From an uncultured Mycoplasmatota bacterium (GTDB lineage: Bacteria > Bacillota_I > Bacilli_A > RF39 > UBA660), in NCBI GenBank assembly GCA_900542735.1, contig UQOS01000003.1:6821-70820 (forward strand): a DNA stretch of 64,000 bases, in the 5' to 3' direction. The notes beneath the pieces were generated by a model, which saw only the letters and a list, made by a program, of their open reading frames with translations, was not told where the DNA came from and did no database searches. Below are positions 1 through 10,144 of the stretch, piece after piece; within the stretch, counting starts at the first letter, position 1; the number at the start of each line of letters is the position of its first letter. The position numbers and the translations under genes were made by a program.

Positions 1-835
1 AATCTGGAATCTGTTTTAAAGTCTTTAACTCTTTCATAACAGCATCTTGATAGTACATAATAGTAGATAGTTCCTGATAGTTTTTCTCACCCACAATATT
101 AATTGGCTCCTCTTTTGCTTGATTATATTCTTCTTCGGTAATCTTTTTCTTTTTATAAAGGTTATATAAGATATTAATCTGTCTTTTTTTAGCTAAATCA
201 TAATTAATTAAAGGTGAATAATTAGAAGGAGATTTAGGAATTCCTACTAAAAGAGCAGCTTCTGCTAGTGTCAAATCTTTAGCCTTTTTATCAAAATAAA
301 ACTTACTAGCATTTTCAATACCATACATACCATGTCCATAATTAATAGTATTTAAATAGCCCTCTAATATTTCATTTTTACTGTAACCAACCTCTAATTT
401 TAAAGTGAGCCATAACTCATTAATCTTTCTTTCCCAAGTCTTATCAAAGTCTAAAAATAGATTCTTAGCATACTGCTGTGAAATTGTACTAGCTCCTTGT
501 TTTGTACTACCAGAAGTGATATTAACATACATAGCTTTCATAATACGCAAAGGATCAATTCCCATATGTTTATAAAAGTGCTGATCTTCTGTATTAATAG
601 TAGCCATAACGACATAATTAGAAATATCATCAAGTGCTACCCATTCTTGAGAACCACTTCCTTGAAAGAATAATTCATTAGCATTATCATACATTAAAAA
701 AGCATTAGCTGATTTAATTTCTAATCTTGGACTCATTTTAATATATAAAATAAGAGCTCCCAAACTAATCCCTATAAAAGCAATTAAAATAAGAAATATT
801 TTTAATACTTTTTTGATTCTTTTAAATTTTTTCAT
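1..835 (-). CDS. Peptidoglycan glycosyltransferase (GT51 transglycosylase domain, PBP1-like), N-terminal part; C-terminus lies off-window
   Basis: Minus-strand translation from ATG at 835 (RBS GGAGG at ~841-845) gives MKKFKRIKKV..., a TM anchor, then GT51 motifs (ATINTEDQHFYKHMGID, GASTISQQYAKNL, GYLNTINYG, TLAEAALLVGIPKSPS). Not in ORF track because it runs off the window edge. Confidence 0.7.
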   Translation of the reverse strand, partial: MKKFKRIKKVLKIFLILIAFIGISLGALILYIKMSPRLEIKSANAFLMYDNANELFFQGSGSQEWVALDDISNYVVMATINTEDQHFYKHMGIDPLRIMKAMYVNITSGSTKQGASTISQQYAKNLFLDFDKTWERKINELWLTLKLEVGYSKNEILEGYLNTINYGHGMYGIENASKFYFDKKAKDLTLAEAALLVGIPKSPSNYSPLINYDLAKKRQINILYNLYKKKKITEEEYNQAKEEPINIVGEKNYQELSTIMYYQDAVMKELKTLKQIPD

Positions 836-957
836 AACAGCCTCCAGTCTCTAACTTTAGTATGAAAAAAAATAAAAGAACTATGTATTTTAAATTAAAA
901 TTTATATTTTTCTTGAAATTATCTTATCTTATGTTATAATCTGTCTTAGAAATTTAA

Positions 958-1335
958 ATGGGAATGAAATTTATGAAAAAGAAGAAATTAACAATTCACT
1001 TAATTACCAGTACTACTCAGGAACAATATAATATACTAGGTGAATATGATAAAGAAAATGGGAAAATTATTTACCAAGAAAGTAAGAATTTACTAACAGA
1101 TGTTGTATTAGACTTAAATAATAAAATTCTAACTAGAAAAAATAAAGATTACTGTTTAAATTATCATTTACTAGAAGGTAAAGTAACAGAAAATGAAATA
1201 ATAATAAATGATTTACAGAAAAGTCTTTACTTAAATATAAAGACAAATAAGTTTGAAATTACGGATAATAAAGTAGAAATTAAATATTCTATATTAGATA
1301 GTAATGAAAAAATCCACTATATAGTAGAATTTTAG
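958..1335 (+). CDS. Small hypothetical protein, possibly DUF1934/YwiB-like beta-barrel protein upstream of argS
   Basis: 125-aa ORF immediately 5' of argS (the same position ywiB occupies in Bacillus). Start uncertain (ATG 958/964/973; GGGAA 9 nt before 973). Confidence 0.4.
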   Translation: MGMKFMKKKKLTIHLITSTTQEQYNILGEYDKENGKIIYQESKNLLTDVVLDLNNKILTRKNKDYCLNYHLLEGKVTENEIIINDLQKSLYLNIKTNKFEITDNKVEIKYSILDSNEKIHYIVEF

Positions 1336-1344
1336 GAGGAAACT

Positions 1345-3087
1345 ATGAGTATTATAAGAGAAGTAGAAAAAATAATTAAAAATCATATAATAAAAGCAGG
1401 ATACGAAATAGAAAATGTAACATTAGAAACAAGCAGTCGTCCGGATTTAGGAGAATATCAAATTAATTCAGCTTTCAATTTAGGAAAACAAAATCACTGT
1501 AATCCAAGAGAAGTAGCTGAAAAAATAGTAGCAGAACTTTCAGGAGATAAAATATTTACGAATTTAAATATTGCGGGAGCAGGTTTTATCAATATTAGTT
1601 TTAGTGATGAGTTTTATCTAAATAGTATGAATAAATTATCAGAAAGTTTAAATAATAATATTGATTCCTATAGTAATAAAAAAGTATTTATGGATTATGG
1701 TGGAGCTAATATTGCGAAAACACTTCATGTAGGTCATTTGCGTAGTGCTGATATTGGGGAAGCTGTAAAGCGTTTAGCTGAGGTTTTAGGATATCAAGTA
1801 ATTAGTGATGTTCACTTTGGTGATATTGGTAGACAATCTGGTATGGTAATTTATGAAATGATGGAAAGATATCCAGATTTAGTATATTTTAAAGAAGACT
1901 ATAATGGTGAAGATGAAGAATTACCAATTACGAAAGAAGATCTTCAAGTAATTTATCCAACTGCTTCTACGAAAGCAAAAGAAAATGAAGAAGTAATGGA
2001 AAAAGTAAGAGAAATTACAGTAGCAATTGAAAATCATCATAAAGGTTATACTGCTCTATGGAATAAAATTAAAGAATTATCTAAGGAAGATATTAAGGAA
2101 ATTTACCATCGTTTAAATACAACTTTTGATTTATACGAAGGAGAAAGTGACTGTTATCCTTATATTCCAGAAGTAATTTCTATTTTAAAATCAAAGGATT
2201 TGCTTTATGAAAGTGAAGGAGCATTAGTAGTAGATACCAAAGAAGAAACAGATACAGAACCAATGCCACCACTTGTTGTCTTAAAAGCAAACGGTGGAAC
2301 AGTTTATCAAACAAGAGAATTAGCTACTATTTTATCTCGTCAAAAAAGATTTGCACCTGATGAATACTGGTATTTTACAGATAATCGTCAAGAATTATAC
2401 TTTAAACAAGTATTTCGTGTAGCAAAAAAAGCAGGTTTAGTACCAGAAAATACTGAACTTAAATTCTTTGGCTTTGGTACTATGAATGGTAGTGATGGAA
2501 AACCATTTAAAACCCGTGCTGGTGGCGTTATGAATTTAACAGATTTAATGGAAATGGTAAAAGAAATAACGGCAAGTAAGTTAAACATGGAATTAGTAAA
2601 AGAAGAAGATAAAGATGAAACAAGTGAAAAAATCTCAATAGCTGCTTTAAAATATGCAGATTTCTTACCATATCGTAGTAAAGATTTTATTTTCGATGTT
2701 ACGAAATTTGCTGACTTAGATGGTAAAACAGGTCCATACTTACTATATTCAACTGTTCGTATGAATTCATTATTAGAAAAATCTGGCATTGAACTAGATG
2801 ATAAAAAAATAGAAAAAATACTAGGCGTTGAAAAAGAAACCGTTAGAATTTTGTTAGAACTTCCTAATATTTTAAAAAATTCTATAGAATCAAAATCATT
2901 AAATGAGATAGCAGATTACTTGTATCGATTAACAAGCAGTTATAATAAATTTTATGCTGAAAATCATATTTTAACCTGTAAAGACGATAGTTTAAAAGAA
3001 ACTTGGCTTGTTTTAACAAAGCTAGTAAAAGACACCAATTTATTACTTTTAAATATACTAGCTATTGAAGTACCAGAAAAAATGTAA
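1345..3087 (+). CDS. argS: Arginine--tRNA ligase
   Basis: 580 aa; class I HIGH motif (AKTLHVGHLRSADIGEA); length and domain order typical of ArgRS; RBS AGGAGGAA upstream. Confidence 0.95.
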   Translation: MSIIREVEKIIKNHIIKAGYEIENVTLETSSRPDLGEYQINSAFNLGKQNHCNPREVAEKIVAELSGDKIFTNLNIAGAGFINISFSDEFYLNSMNKLSESLNNNIDSYSNKKVFMDYGGANIAKTLHVGHLRSADIGEAVKRLAEVLGYQVISDVHFGDIGRQSGMVIYEMMERYPDLVYFKEDYNGEDEELPITKEDLQVIYPTASTKAKENEEVMEKVREITVAIENHHKGYTALWNKIKELSKEDIKEIYHRLNTTFDLYEGESDCYPYIPEVISILKSKDLLYESEGALVVDTKEETDTEPMPPLVVLKANGGTVYQTRELATILSRQKRFAPDEYWYFTDNRQELYFKQVFRVAKKAGLVPENTELKFFGFGTMNGSDGKPFKTRAGGVMNLTDLMEMVKEITASKLNMELVKEEDKDETSEKISIAALKYADFLPYRSKDFIFDVTKFADLDGKTGPYLLYSTVRMNSLLEKSGIELDDKKIEKILGVEKETVRILLELPNILKNSIESKSLNEIADYLYRLTSSYNKFYAENHILTCKDDSLKETWLVLTKLVKDTNLLLLNILAIEVPEKM

Positions 3088-3174
3088 AAAAATGTTGCAT
3101 TTTATATAGAATAATGATATAAGTTTAAATGATAAAAAAAGAAAGAAATATTAAATATATATAGGAGGAATACC

Positions 3175-3609
3175 ATGAGTATTAAAAATATGACTAAGGA
3201 AGATTTAGAATTATTATCAAATAAAGATATTACCAACCTATTATTAGAAGAAAATGGAAAGCAAACAACACCAGATTTATTTAAGAAAATTATTAAATTA
3301 TTAGAATTACCAGAATCTACTTTTGATCAAAAAATAGGAGATTATTATACTTCTCTTACAACAGATAAAAGATTTATCTTATTAGAAGATGGAACATGGG
3401 ATTTAAGAAGTCGCCATACATCAGATAAAATAATTAAAGTAGATGAAGACGAAGATGAAGATATCGAAGAAATCGAAGAAGAAGTAGATGAAGAAGAAGA
3501 AACAGATGATTTTGATTCTATTGATAGTGATGATGATGATATCGATAGTGGTGATGACGATTTAAAAGATTTAGTAGTCTTAGATGAAGATGAAATAGAA
3601 GCAGAATAA
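3175..3609 (+). CDS. rpoE: DNA-directed RNA polymerase delta subunit
   Basis: N-terminal HARE-HTH-like region (ELFKKIIKLLEL...IGDYYTSLTTDKRFILLEDGTWDLRS) followed by a ~60-aa poly-acidic D/E tail. Same architecture as B. subtilis RpoE delta. Confidence 0.8.
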   Translation: MSIKNMTKEDLELLSNKDITNLLLEENGKQTTPDLFKKIIKLLELPESTFDQKIGDYYTSLTTDKRFILLEDGTWDLRSRHTSDKIIKVDEDEDEDIEEIEEEVDEEEETDDFDSIDSDDDDIDSGDDDLKDLVVLDEDEIEAE

Positions 3610-3763
3610 ACAAGGTACATAGTTTTATGTACTTTTCTTTTGCATAAAAAGAAGCAATTTTATTAAATAAAAATACTTTTTCTTGAAAAAATAGATAAGA
3701 TACCTTAAAATATGTAGCATGAAGTAAAGATACTTTAAAAATATATTCTTATAGGTGAGATTT

Positions 3764-4525
3764 ATGGAAATAGATAATATAAAAAATAATTTAATCGTTG
3801 AAATAGAAAAATTAGTAAAAATTATTAAATATGATTTATATAAAATAGTCCATATAGAAGAAACAGGAACCATATCACTATTCGTAAGAAAAGGAGAATT
3901 TTATTTCCCTTTAGATGCCTTCAAGGTATTAGAAATATTTAGAAAAATACCTGGTTTTGGAATAAATAAAAATCATAAAACATATACTGAAAATAATATG
4001 ATATTAAATGATAATACTTTTATGACTTATATACAACATGTATTTCTAAAAGGATTAACTGCTGAAGAATATTTCAAGGAGATACTTTTACATGAAACAC
4101 TACATTTTTGTGGTAGTGGTGGAGGAAGTGCATTAAGAGAAGGAATCAATGAATTGAAAACAAGGCAGTTAGCTCAAAAGTATAACCTTTTAACTTCTGC
4201 TTGTGGCTATCCTAAGGAAACTAAAATTGCATATGAATTAGAAGAATTATTTGGAGAAGATATTATAAATAAAATAGCATTTTCTAAAAATCGTTCAGAA
4301 TTAATAGAAATATTAACTTCTCTATCTAAAGAAGCAATGGAATTTTTCTTAGAATTGGATAAAATAATGGAAAAGGAATTTGAAGATAAATATTATAGAT
4401 ACAAATTTCCTGGTATAATGGGTCCATTTAAAAAGGCAAACAAATATAATTCTATAGATTATTCACAAGCATATGAGCTTATAGAAAAGTACAAAGATTA
4501 TTCTGAAAATCACAAAATAAAATAA
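3764..4525 (+). CDS. Hypothetical protein with HExxH zinc-metallopeptidase-like motif
   Basis: ORF with HETLH at ~aa 113 followed by FCGSGGGS; RBS AGGTGAG 4 nt before ATG 3764 (track used GTG 3755). No family recognised. Confidence 0.4.
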   Translation: MEIDNIKNNLIVEIEKLVKIIKYDLYKIVHIEETGTISLFVRKGEFYFPLDAFKVLEIFRKIPGFGINKNHKTYTENNMILNDNTFMTYIQHVFLKGLTAEEYFKEILLHETLHFCGSGGGSALREGINELKTRQLAQKYNLLTSACGYPKETKIAYELEELFGEDIINKIAFSKNRSELIEILTSLSKEAMEFFLELDKIMEKEFEDKYYRYKFPGIMGPFKKANKYNSIDYSQAYELIEKYKDYSENHKIK

Positions 4526-4693
4526 ATAATTGGGAAGAGTTACCTTCTTATTTAATTAAAAATGATAAAGCTATTAAATTAGAAAATACAGATATAATAT
4601 ATACTATTAATAGTAAAAATGAGTAGGAAAACTATTCATTTTTTCTTATCTCTAAAAATAATATGTTATAATCATAATAGGAATGGTGATGAT

Positions 4694-5683
4694 ATGGAAT
4701 TTATAGCTGAAATCAAACAAAAGGCAAAGAATAATAAAAAAAGAATTGTCCTACCAGAAACAATGGACGATAGAGTTCTAAAAGCAGCAGAAATTGTATT
4801 AAATGAAGAAATTGCTGATATTATTTTAATTGGTAATGAAAAAGAAATAAATGAAAAATCTATGAATTTAAAAAAAGCTACTATTATAGATCCAAATACT
4901 AGTAGTTTAACCCAAAATTACATAGAAAAACTAGTAAACCTTAGAAAAGATAAAGGTATGACACAAGAAGAAGCAACCAAATTACTATTAGAAAATTATA
5001 TGTATTATGCTTGTATGCTAGTTTTAGATAAAAAGGCAGATGGTGTTGTTAGTGGAGCACATCATTCAACTTCTGATACATTACGACCAGCTTTACAGAT
5101 TATCAAAACAAAACCAAATACAAAATTAGTATCTGCTTTCTTTTTAATGGATGTTCCAAATTGTAGTTATGGAGAAAATGGTGTATTTCTATTTTCTGAC
5201 TGTGGTTTGAATCAAAATCCTACTAGTAGTGAATTAGTAGATATTAGTATATCAAGTGCCAATAGTTTTAGAAATTTAGTTGGAAAAACCCCTTATGTAG
5301 CTCTACTTTCTCATTCTACAAAAGGTAGTGCTAAGCACCCAGATGTTGACAAAGTAATAAATGCAACCAAAATACTAAAAGAAAATTACCCTGACTATCA
5401 TATTGATGGAGAGCTTCAATTAGATGCCGCAATTGTGCCAGATGTAGCTTCTATAAAAGCAAAAGATAGTGAAGTAGCAGGTCATGCTAATGTATTAATC
5501 TTTCCGGATTTAGATAGTGGCAATATTGGTTATAAGTTAGTAGAAAGATTAGCTAATGCTAAAGCCTATGGACCACTTACCCAAGGAATAAATGCTCCAA
5601 TTAATGATTTATCTCGTGGTTGTAGCGTTGATGATATTGTAGGTGTTATCGCAATTACTGCTGTTCAAGCACAAAATTACTAG
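4694..5683 (+). CDS. pta: Phosphate acetyltransferase
   Basis: ~330 aa from ATG 4694 (MEFIAEIKQKA...), typical Pta length; conserved LLSHSTKGS and GPLTQG motifs. The track extension from 4619 lacks an RBS and the sequence there is not Pta-like. Confidence 0.9.
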   Translation: MEFIAEIKQKAKNNKKRIVLPETMDDRVLKAAEIVLNEEIADIILIGNEKEINEKSMNLKKATIIDPNTSSLTQNYIEKLVNLRKDKGMTQEEATKLLLENYMYYACMLVLDKKADGVVSGAHHSTSDTLRPALQIIKTKPNTKLVSAFFLMDVPNCSYGENGVFLFSDCGLNQNPTSSELVDISISSANSFRNLVGKTPYVALLSHSTKGSAKHPDVDKVINATKILKENYPDYHIDGELQLDAAIVPDVASIKAKDSEVAGHANVLIFPDLDSGNIGYKLVERLANAKAYGPLTQGINAPINDLSRGCSVDDIVGVIAITAVQAQNY

Positions 5684-5763
5684 TAATTTAAAAGATTTAT
5701 TGATATAATACATACAGAATTATTTTAGCCCTAATAAATTTGCTTAATTAAAGGAGGATTTAT

Positions 5764-6828
5764 ATGTTAGAAAGACTAGAAGTAATTGAAAAAAGATATG
5801 ATGAAATTCAAAAAGAATTATCTAATCCTGATGTTTACAGTAACATGAATAAAATGAAATCTCTATCAAAAGAAGCAAGTGACTTAGAAGAAACTGTAAA
5901 TGCTTATCATGAGTATAAAAAGATTTTATCAGGAATAGAAGATACCAAAGAAATGATAAAAGATCCTGAAATGGGTGAGTTAGCAAAAGAAGAATTAGTA
6001 AACTTGGAATCTGAGAAAACTAAATTAGAAGAAAAAATAGAAGTTTTATTAATTCCTAAAGATCCTAACGATAGTAAAAATGTTATTGTGGAAATTCGTG
6101 GAGCAGCTGGTGGAGATGAAGCCAATATCTTTGCTGGTGATTTATATAGAATGTATTCAAGATATGCTGAAAAACAAGGATTTAAAATTGAATTAATTGA
6201 TGCTGAAGAAGGCGCTTCTGGGGGATTTTCTCAAATAGAATTCATGGTAAAAGGAGAAGGCGCTTATTCAAAACTAAAATATGAAAGTGGTTCTCATCGT
6301 GTTCAAAGAGTCCCAGAAACAGAATCACAAGGAAGAATTCAAACCTCAACTGCAACAGTATTAGTAATGCCAGAAGCAGAAGATGTAAACATTGAAATCA
6401 ATCCAAGTGACTTAAGAATTGATATATATCGTTCTTCAGGTTGTGGTGGACAAGGAGTAAATACTACCGATTCAGCAGTAAGAATTACCCATTTACCAAC
6501 CAATACAGTAGTTACTTGTCAAAATGAAAGAAGTCAAATTCAAAACAAGGAGCAAGCAATGAAAGTATTAAAAGCACGTCTTTATGAACAAGAACTTCAA
6601 AAACAAGAAGAAGCATTAGGTAATGAAAGAAGAAATAAAATTGGTACTGGTGATAGAGCAGAAAAAATTAGAACATATAACTACCCACAAAACAGAGTAA
6701 CAGACCATCGCATTGGTTATACCACAAACAATTTAGATAGAATTATGAATGGTGCACTTGATGAGGTAATTGAAGCTTTAATTACCGAAGATCAAAAAAG
6801 AAAGTTATCAGTAGAAAACAATGACTAA
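5764..6828 (+). CDS. prfA: Peptide chain release factor 1
   Basis: 354 aa; GGQ motif ([23 protein letters not shown]); RF-1 family PxT-region context; RBS AAGGAGGA. Confidence 0.95.
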   Translation: MLERLEVIEKRYDEIQKELSNPDVYSNMNKMKSLSKEASDLEETVNAYHEYKKILSGIEDTKEMIKDPEMGELAKEELVNLESEKTKLEEKIEVLLIPKDPNDSKNVIVEIRGAAGGDEANIFAGDLYRMYSRYAEKQGFKIELIDAEEGASGGFSQIEFMVKGEGAYSKLKYESGSHRVQRVPETESQGRIQTSTATVLVMPEAEDVNIEINPSDLRIDIYRSSGCGGQGVNTTDSAVRITHLPTNTVVTCQNERSQIQNKEQAMKVLKARLYEQELQKQEEALGNERRNKIGTGDRAEKIRTYNYPQNRVTDHRIGYTTNNLDRIMNGALDEVIEALITEDQKRKLSVENND

Positions 6829-7054
6829 AATTTCTACAATCTGTCTAAAATGTGGTAAGGTTCAAACAGTAGAAAACATGGAAGAAATAATGAACGATTA
6901 TTATATCGTTCTAGATAAGAAAATGTTTTGCCCAAATTGTCAGAGAAAAACTGATTTTATAGCGACAAAAGATATAGAAAATCTAAAAGAAAATATAGAG
7001 AAAAATCCATCTGAGGCATTAGATAGTTATATTATAAAGTTATTAAAGAAATAG
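6821..7054 (+). CDS. Small zinc-ribbon protein (CxxC...CPNC) encoded between prfA and prmC
   Basis: 77 aa; two CxxC pairs (CLKCGK...CPNCQRK). ATGA overlap with the prfA stop suggests translational coupling within the prfA-prmC operon. Confidence 0.4.
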   Translation: MTKISTICLKCGKVQTVENMEEIMNDYYIVLDKKMFCPNCQRKTDFIATKDIENLKENIEKNPSEALDSYIIKLLKK

Positions 7055-7063
7055 GATTATAAC

Positions 7064-7894
7064 ATGAAAGTAGAAGAATTAATTATTTATGGAAAAAAGT
7101 ACCTTCACTCTCAACACGCTAAGATGTTGTTAGCAGATTTATTACAAGTAAATCCCTTAGAACTACTAAATCATTTAGAAGAAGAAGTACAAGTAGATAT
7201 TATCAATGAATATAAAAAAAGAGTAGAAGCCTTAAAAGAAAAAAAACCAATACAATATGTAATTGGTAATGTTAATTTTTATGGAAATAAGTTTTTAGTA
7301 AACGAAAATGTTTTAATTCCAAGATTTGAAACAGAAGAATTAATAGAAAATACATTATTATATATTGATAAAATATTTCTTGATAAAAATTTAAAAGTAA
7401 TTGATTTAGGGACTGGGTCTGGCTGTATTGGTATCACTTTAAAACTTAAAAATCCATCTTTTGATGTTACTCTTTTAGATATTAGTAAAGAGGCATTAGA
7501 AGTAGCAAAACAAAATGCTAGTAGTTTAAATGCCCAAGTAAAACTATGCCAAAATGATATGCTCGAAAATCTAGAAGAAAAATACGATATTATAATTTCT
7601 AATCCACCCTATATTAAAGAAAATGAGCCAATTGAGGAAATCGTAAAAAATAATGAACCCCATTTGGCTTTATATGCTGGAATAGATGGCTTAGACTATT
7701 ATCGTAAAATCCTAAAAGAAGCAAAATATCGTGTAAATAATAGATTTTTGCTTGCTTTTGAAATAGGAGAAACTCAAAAAGATGCCATTATAGAATTAGC
7801 AAAATTAAGTTTTCCACAGGCTAAAATTGATGCTAAAAAGGATATGCAAAACCGTGATAGAATGATATTTGTTTACCAAAATGAGGCTAATTAA
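7064..7894 (+). CDS. prmC: Release factor glutamine N5-methyltransferase
   Basis: 276 aa; SAM motif (VIDLGTGSGCIG) and NPPY catalytic motif (ISNPPYI); follows prfA as in most bacteria. Confidence 0.9.
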   Translation: MKVEELIIYGKKYLHSQHAKMLLADLLQVNPLELLNHLEEEVQVDIINEYKKRVEALKEKKPIQYVIGNVNFYGNKFLVNENVLIPRFETEELIENTLLYIDKIFLDKNLKVIDLGTGSGCIGITLKLKNPSFDVTLLDISKEALEVAKQNASSLNAQVKLCQNDMLENLEEKYDIIISNPPYIKENEPIEEIVKNNEPHLALYAGIDGLDYYRKILKEAKYRVNNRFLLAFEIGETQKDAIIELAKLSFPQAKIDAKKDMQNRDRMIFVYQNEAN

Positions 7895-7900
7895 GCCTCT

Positions 7901-8833
7901 TTATTTTGTTTGAATTCCATATCTAGCCCCTTTTAAAAGATATAAAAAGTAATAAGCTTCCGTTAATAAATTATCAAAGAAGAGTGGTTCTACTATAAAA
8001 TAATACTTATTATTTAAAATACCATTAATGATAACGCGTAAGAATTTGATAAAATCTTCTACATATTGAATTGTGCTTTGATTTAATTTAAGTTGAGAAT
8101 CAGGAGTAATATTCATTTCCTTATATAAAGTCATTTGCTTCATAAATATTTTTCTAAAATTATCGGAATTGGTAAGAATAGTAGTTAAACTAGGATCACA
8201 AAGTCCAATAATAAGTTGAGAAATAGTTTTCATAGAGTCACAGTACCAATATTCATAATTAACGATAAAAGTAGGATCGGCACTGTTTTTAGCAGCAAGT
8301 CTTAATAAATCATTATAATAAAAATTAATTTCTTTAATCACAAAGGTAAAGAAAGTAGGGTAAGTATAAGAAAATAATTTATTCTCTTTTAATAAATCTA
8401 AAATTTCCTTACAAAAATCAATAAAATTTTTACTTAAAGCAATAGCATTTTCATTAATATCAGTAATTTCTGCTAGTTCTTCTTCTGTATAATTAAACTT
8501 GCTACCAGCTTCTATATTCATTTCAGCAATCGTAAGATTTGTGTTTATATCAACATTAAATAATTTCTCAGTAACTAATTCACAATTTAAAGTATAATCA
8601 GTCACAAAAGAATTACTATTTAAAATACTCTCTGGTAAATTTTTATTAGCAAGTTTAATCACTCTTTCTCCAAGTTCTTCACATCTAATTCCAAAGTCAT
8701 TCGCAATATCGATATAATACTTATTATTTTCTAAAAAAGAAAGTTGAATATTTAAACAAAATTCTCTCATAGTCCTTAAATAAAATAGATTGTCAATTAA
8801 AGATTGTATCATAAATAAAGTATCATTAATCAT
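7901..8833 (-). CDS. Hypothetical protein (possibly DUF2935-like two-repeat helical protein)
   Basis: 310-aa minus-strand ORF convergent with prmC; no catalytic motifs recognised. Confidence 0.4.
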   Translation of the reverse strand: MINDTLFMIQSLIDNLFYLRTMREFCLNIQLSFLENNKYYIDIANDFGIRCEELGERVIKLANKNLPESILNSNSFVTDYTLNCELVTEKLFNVDINTNLTIAEMNIEAGSKFNYTEEELAEITDINENAIALSKNFIDFCKEILDLLKENKLFSYTYPTFFTFVIKEINFYYNDLLRLAAKNSADPTFIVNYEYWYCDSMKTISQLIIGLCDPSLTTILTNSDNFRKIFMKQMTLYKEMNITPDSQLKLNQSTIQYVEDFIKFLRVIINGILNNKYYFIVEPLFFDNLLTEAYYFLYLLKGARYGIQTK

Positions 8834-8931
8834 TTTTTCACCTCTATCTAAATATATGTTAAAAAAAATAAAATATAATCTGTATAAGATATCAAATTAG
8901 ACCCCAATATAAAATCAGAAAAGGTGATAAA

Positions 8932-9459
8932 ATGAAGAAAATTGGGGTAATACTAGTAATAGTTTTTATTGTATTTATGATGATATCAAAAGAGGAAGAA
9001 GTAATGATTCCAAAAGAAGCAATTCGTTTTCGTGTTATTGCTAACAGTGATAGCAATGTTGACCAATTAACTAAAACCCTAGTAAGAAATGAAATTCAGG
9101 AACAATTAGCTACCGATATGAAAGAAAATAAAACTATAAAAGAAGCAAGAAAAAAAATAAACGATAATCTAACTAATTATAGTAATTTGATAGAAAAAAC
9201 TTTAAAATCTCATGAAGTTGACTATGGTTACGATATAAACTATGGTATGAATTATTTTCCTAAAAAGACCTATAAAGGAGTTAACTACCAAGAAGGCTAT
9301 TATGAATCTTTAGTGGTAACATTAGGTAGTGGTGAGGGAAAAAATTGGTGGTGTGTATTATTTCCTCCATTATGTTTACTAGAAGCAGAAGAAACTAGTC
9401 AAAAAGAAGAAGTAGAATATAAATTTTTTATAAAAGAAATTATAGATAAATATTTATAA
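8932..9459 (+). CDS. spoIIR: Stage II sporulation protein R
   Basis: Signal/TM N-terminus, then IRFRVIANSDSNVDQ and GSGEGKNWWCVLFPPLCLL. These match the SpoIIR hallmark motifs (IRLRILANSDSD; GDGANWWCVLFPPLC). Confidence 0.8.
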   Translation: MKKIGVILVIVFIVFMMISKEEEVMIPKEAIRFRVIANSDSNVDQLTKTLVRNEIQEQLATDMKENKTIKEARKKINDNLTNYSNLIEKTLKSHEVDYGYDINYGMNYFPKKTYKGVNYQEGYYESLVVTLGSGEGKNWWCVLFPPLCLLEAEETSQKEEVEYKFFIKEIIDKYL

Positions 9460-9499
9460 TATATAAGCTTCCTACATATCATTAGGTAGGAGGCTTTTT

Positions 9500-10030
9500 A
9501 TGTCAATACCAGTAATTTTTATGTTAGCAGTAGGATTAAGTATGGATGCTTTTTCGTTATCTTTAATATATGGAACATTAGAATTATCAAAAAAAAGATG
9601 TAGACAAATGAGTATAATTGTAGGAATATTCCACTTTATTATGCCAATTCTTGGGTATCAAATAGGAGAACTTATTTTAAGATTTATCAAAATAAACCCA
9701 GATATTTTAGTAGGAATTATTTTTATAATATTAGGGTTAGAAATGATACTATCCCTAAAAAAAGAAGATAATATAAAATTATTAACCAGTTTAATATCTG
9801 TTATTATTTTTGCGTTTACGGTAAGTATAGATAGTTTCTCAATTGGTACTTGTTTTGGTTTTTCAAATTCTAAGATTTTATTACCATGTTTTATTTTCTC
9901 TATCACAAGTAGCTTATTTACTTATCTTGGCGTAATCCTTGGAAAAAAACTATCTACCAAATTTGGTAATATTACGGTAGTAATTGGATCTCTTATTTTA
10001 ATAACTTTAGGCTTAACTTACTTATTTTGA
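9500..10030 (+). CDS. MntP/YtaF-family (DUF204) membrane protein, putative manganese efflux pump or sporulation membrane protein
   Basis: 176 aa, ~6 TM; LSMDAFSLS motif near N-terminus and a repeated SIDSFSIG motif in the second half, i.e. the two DUF204 repeats. Confidence 0.6.
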   Translation: MSIPVIFMLAVGLSMDAFSLSLIYGTLELSKKRCRQMSIIVGIFHFIMPILGYQIGELILRFIKINPDILVGIIFIILGLEMILSLKKEDNIKLLTSLISVIIFAFTVSIDSFSIGTCFGFSNSKILLPCFIFSITSSLFTYLGVILGKKLSTKFGNITVVIGSLILITLGLTYLF

Positions 10031-10144
10031 CATCAATTTACGAAAATAAAGTGCTTATCTTCTAGTTTTATGTTATATTATTATTAGTATGAACGAAAGT
10101 TTAAAACTAAAATACAATATAGTAGAAGTTACTTGGAGGTAAGT

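Noticed and set aside
2388-2789. Antisense ORFs in the track (2388-2789, 3345-3620, 5907-6125, 9658-9906, 10129-10386, 11849-12052, 12529-12792, 16507-17391, 25523-25720, 25850-26077, 32643-33011, 36317-36577, 37710-37949, 48587-48982, 55783-55965, 56700-56987 and others)
   Set aside because: All lie wholly inside well-supported genes on the opposite strand, lack RBSs and have low-complexity, Ser/Ile/Phe-rich translations typical of shadow ORFs in AT-rich DNA.
3430-3609. Highly repetitive GAAGA/GATGA tract (Asp/Glu run)
   Set aside because: It encodes the acidic C-terminal tail that is the defining feature of the RpoE delta subunit, so it is not a mobile or microsatellite repeat.
3625-3873. 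Minus-strand 82-aa ORF in the rpoE-downstream intergenic region
   Set aside because: Low-complexity Ile/Phe/Lys-rich translation with no RBS; it overlaps the promoter/RBS of the + strand HExxH gene.
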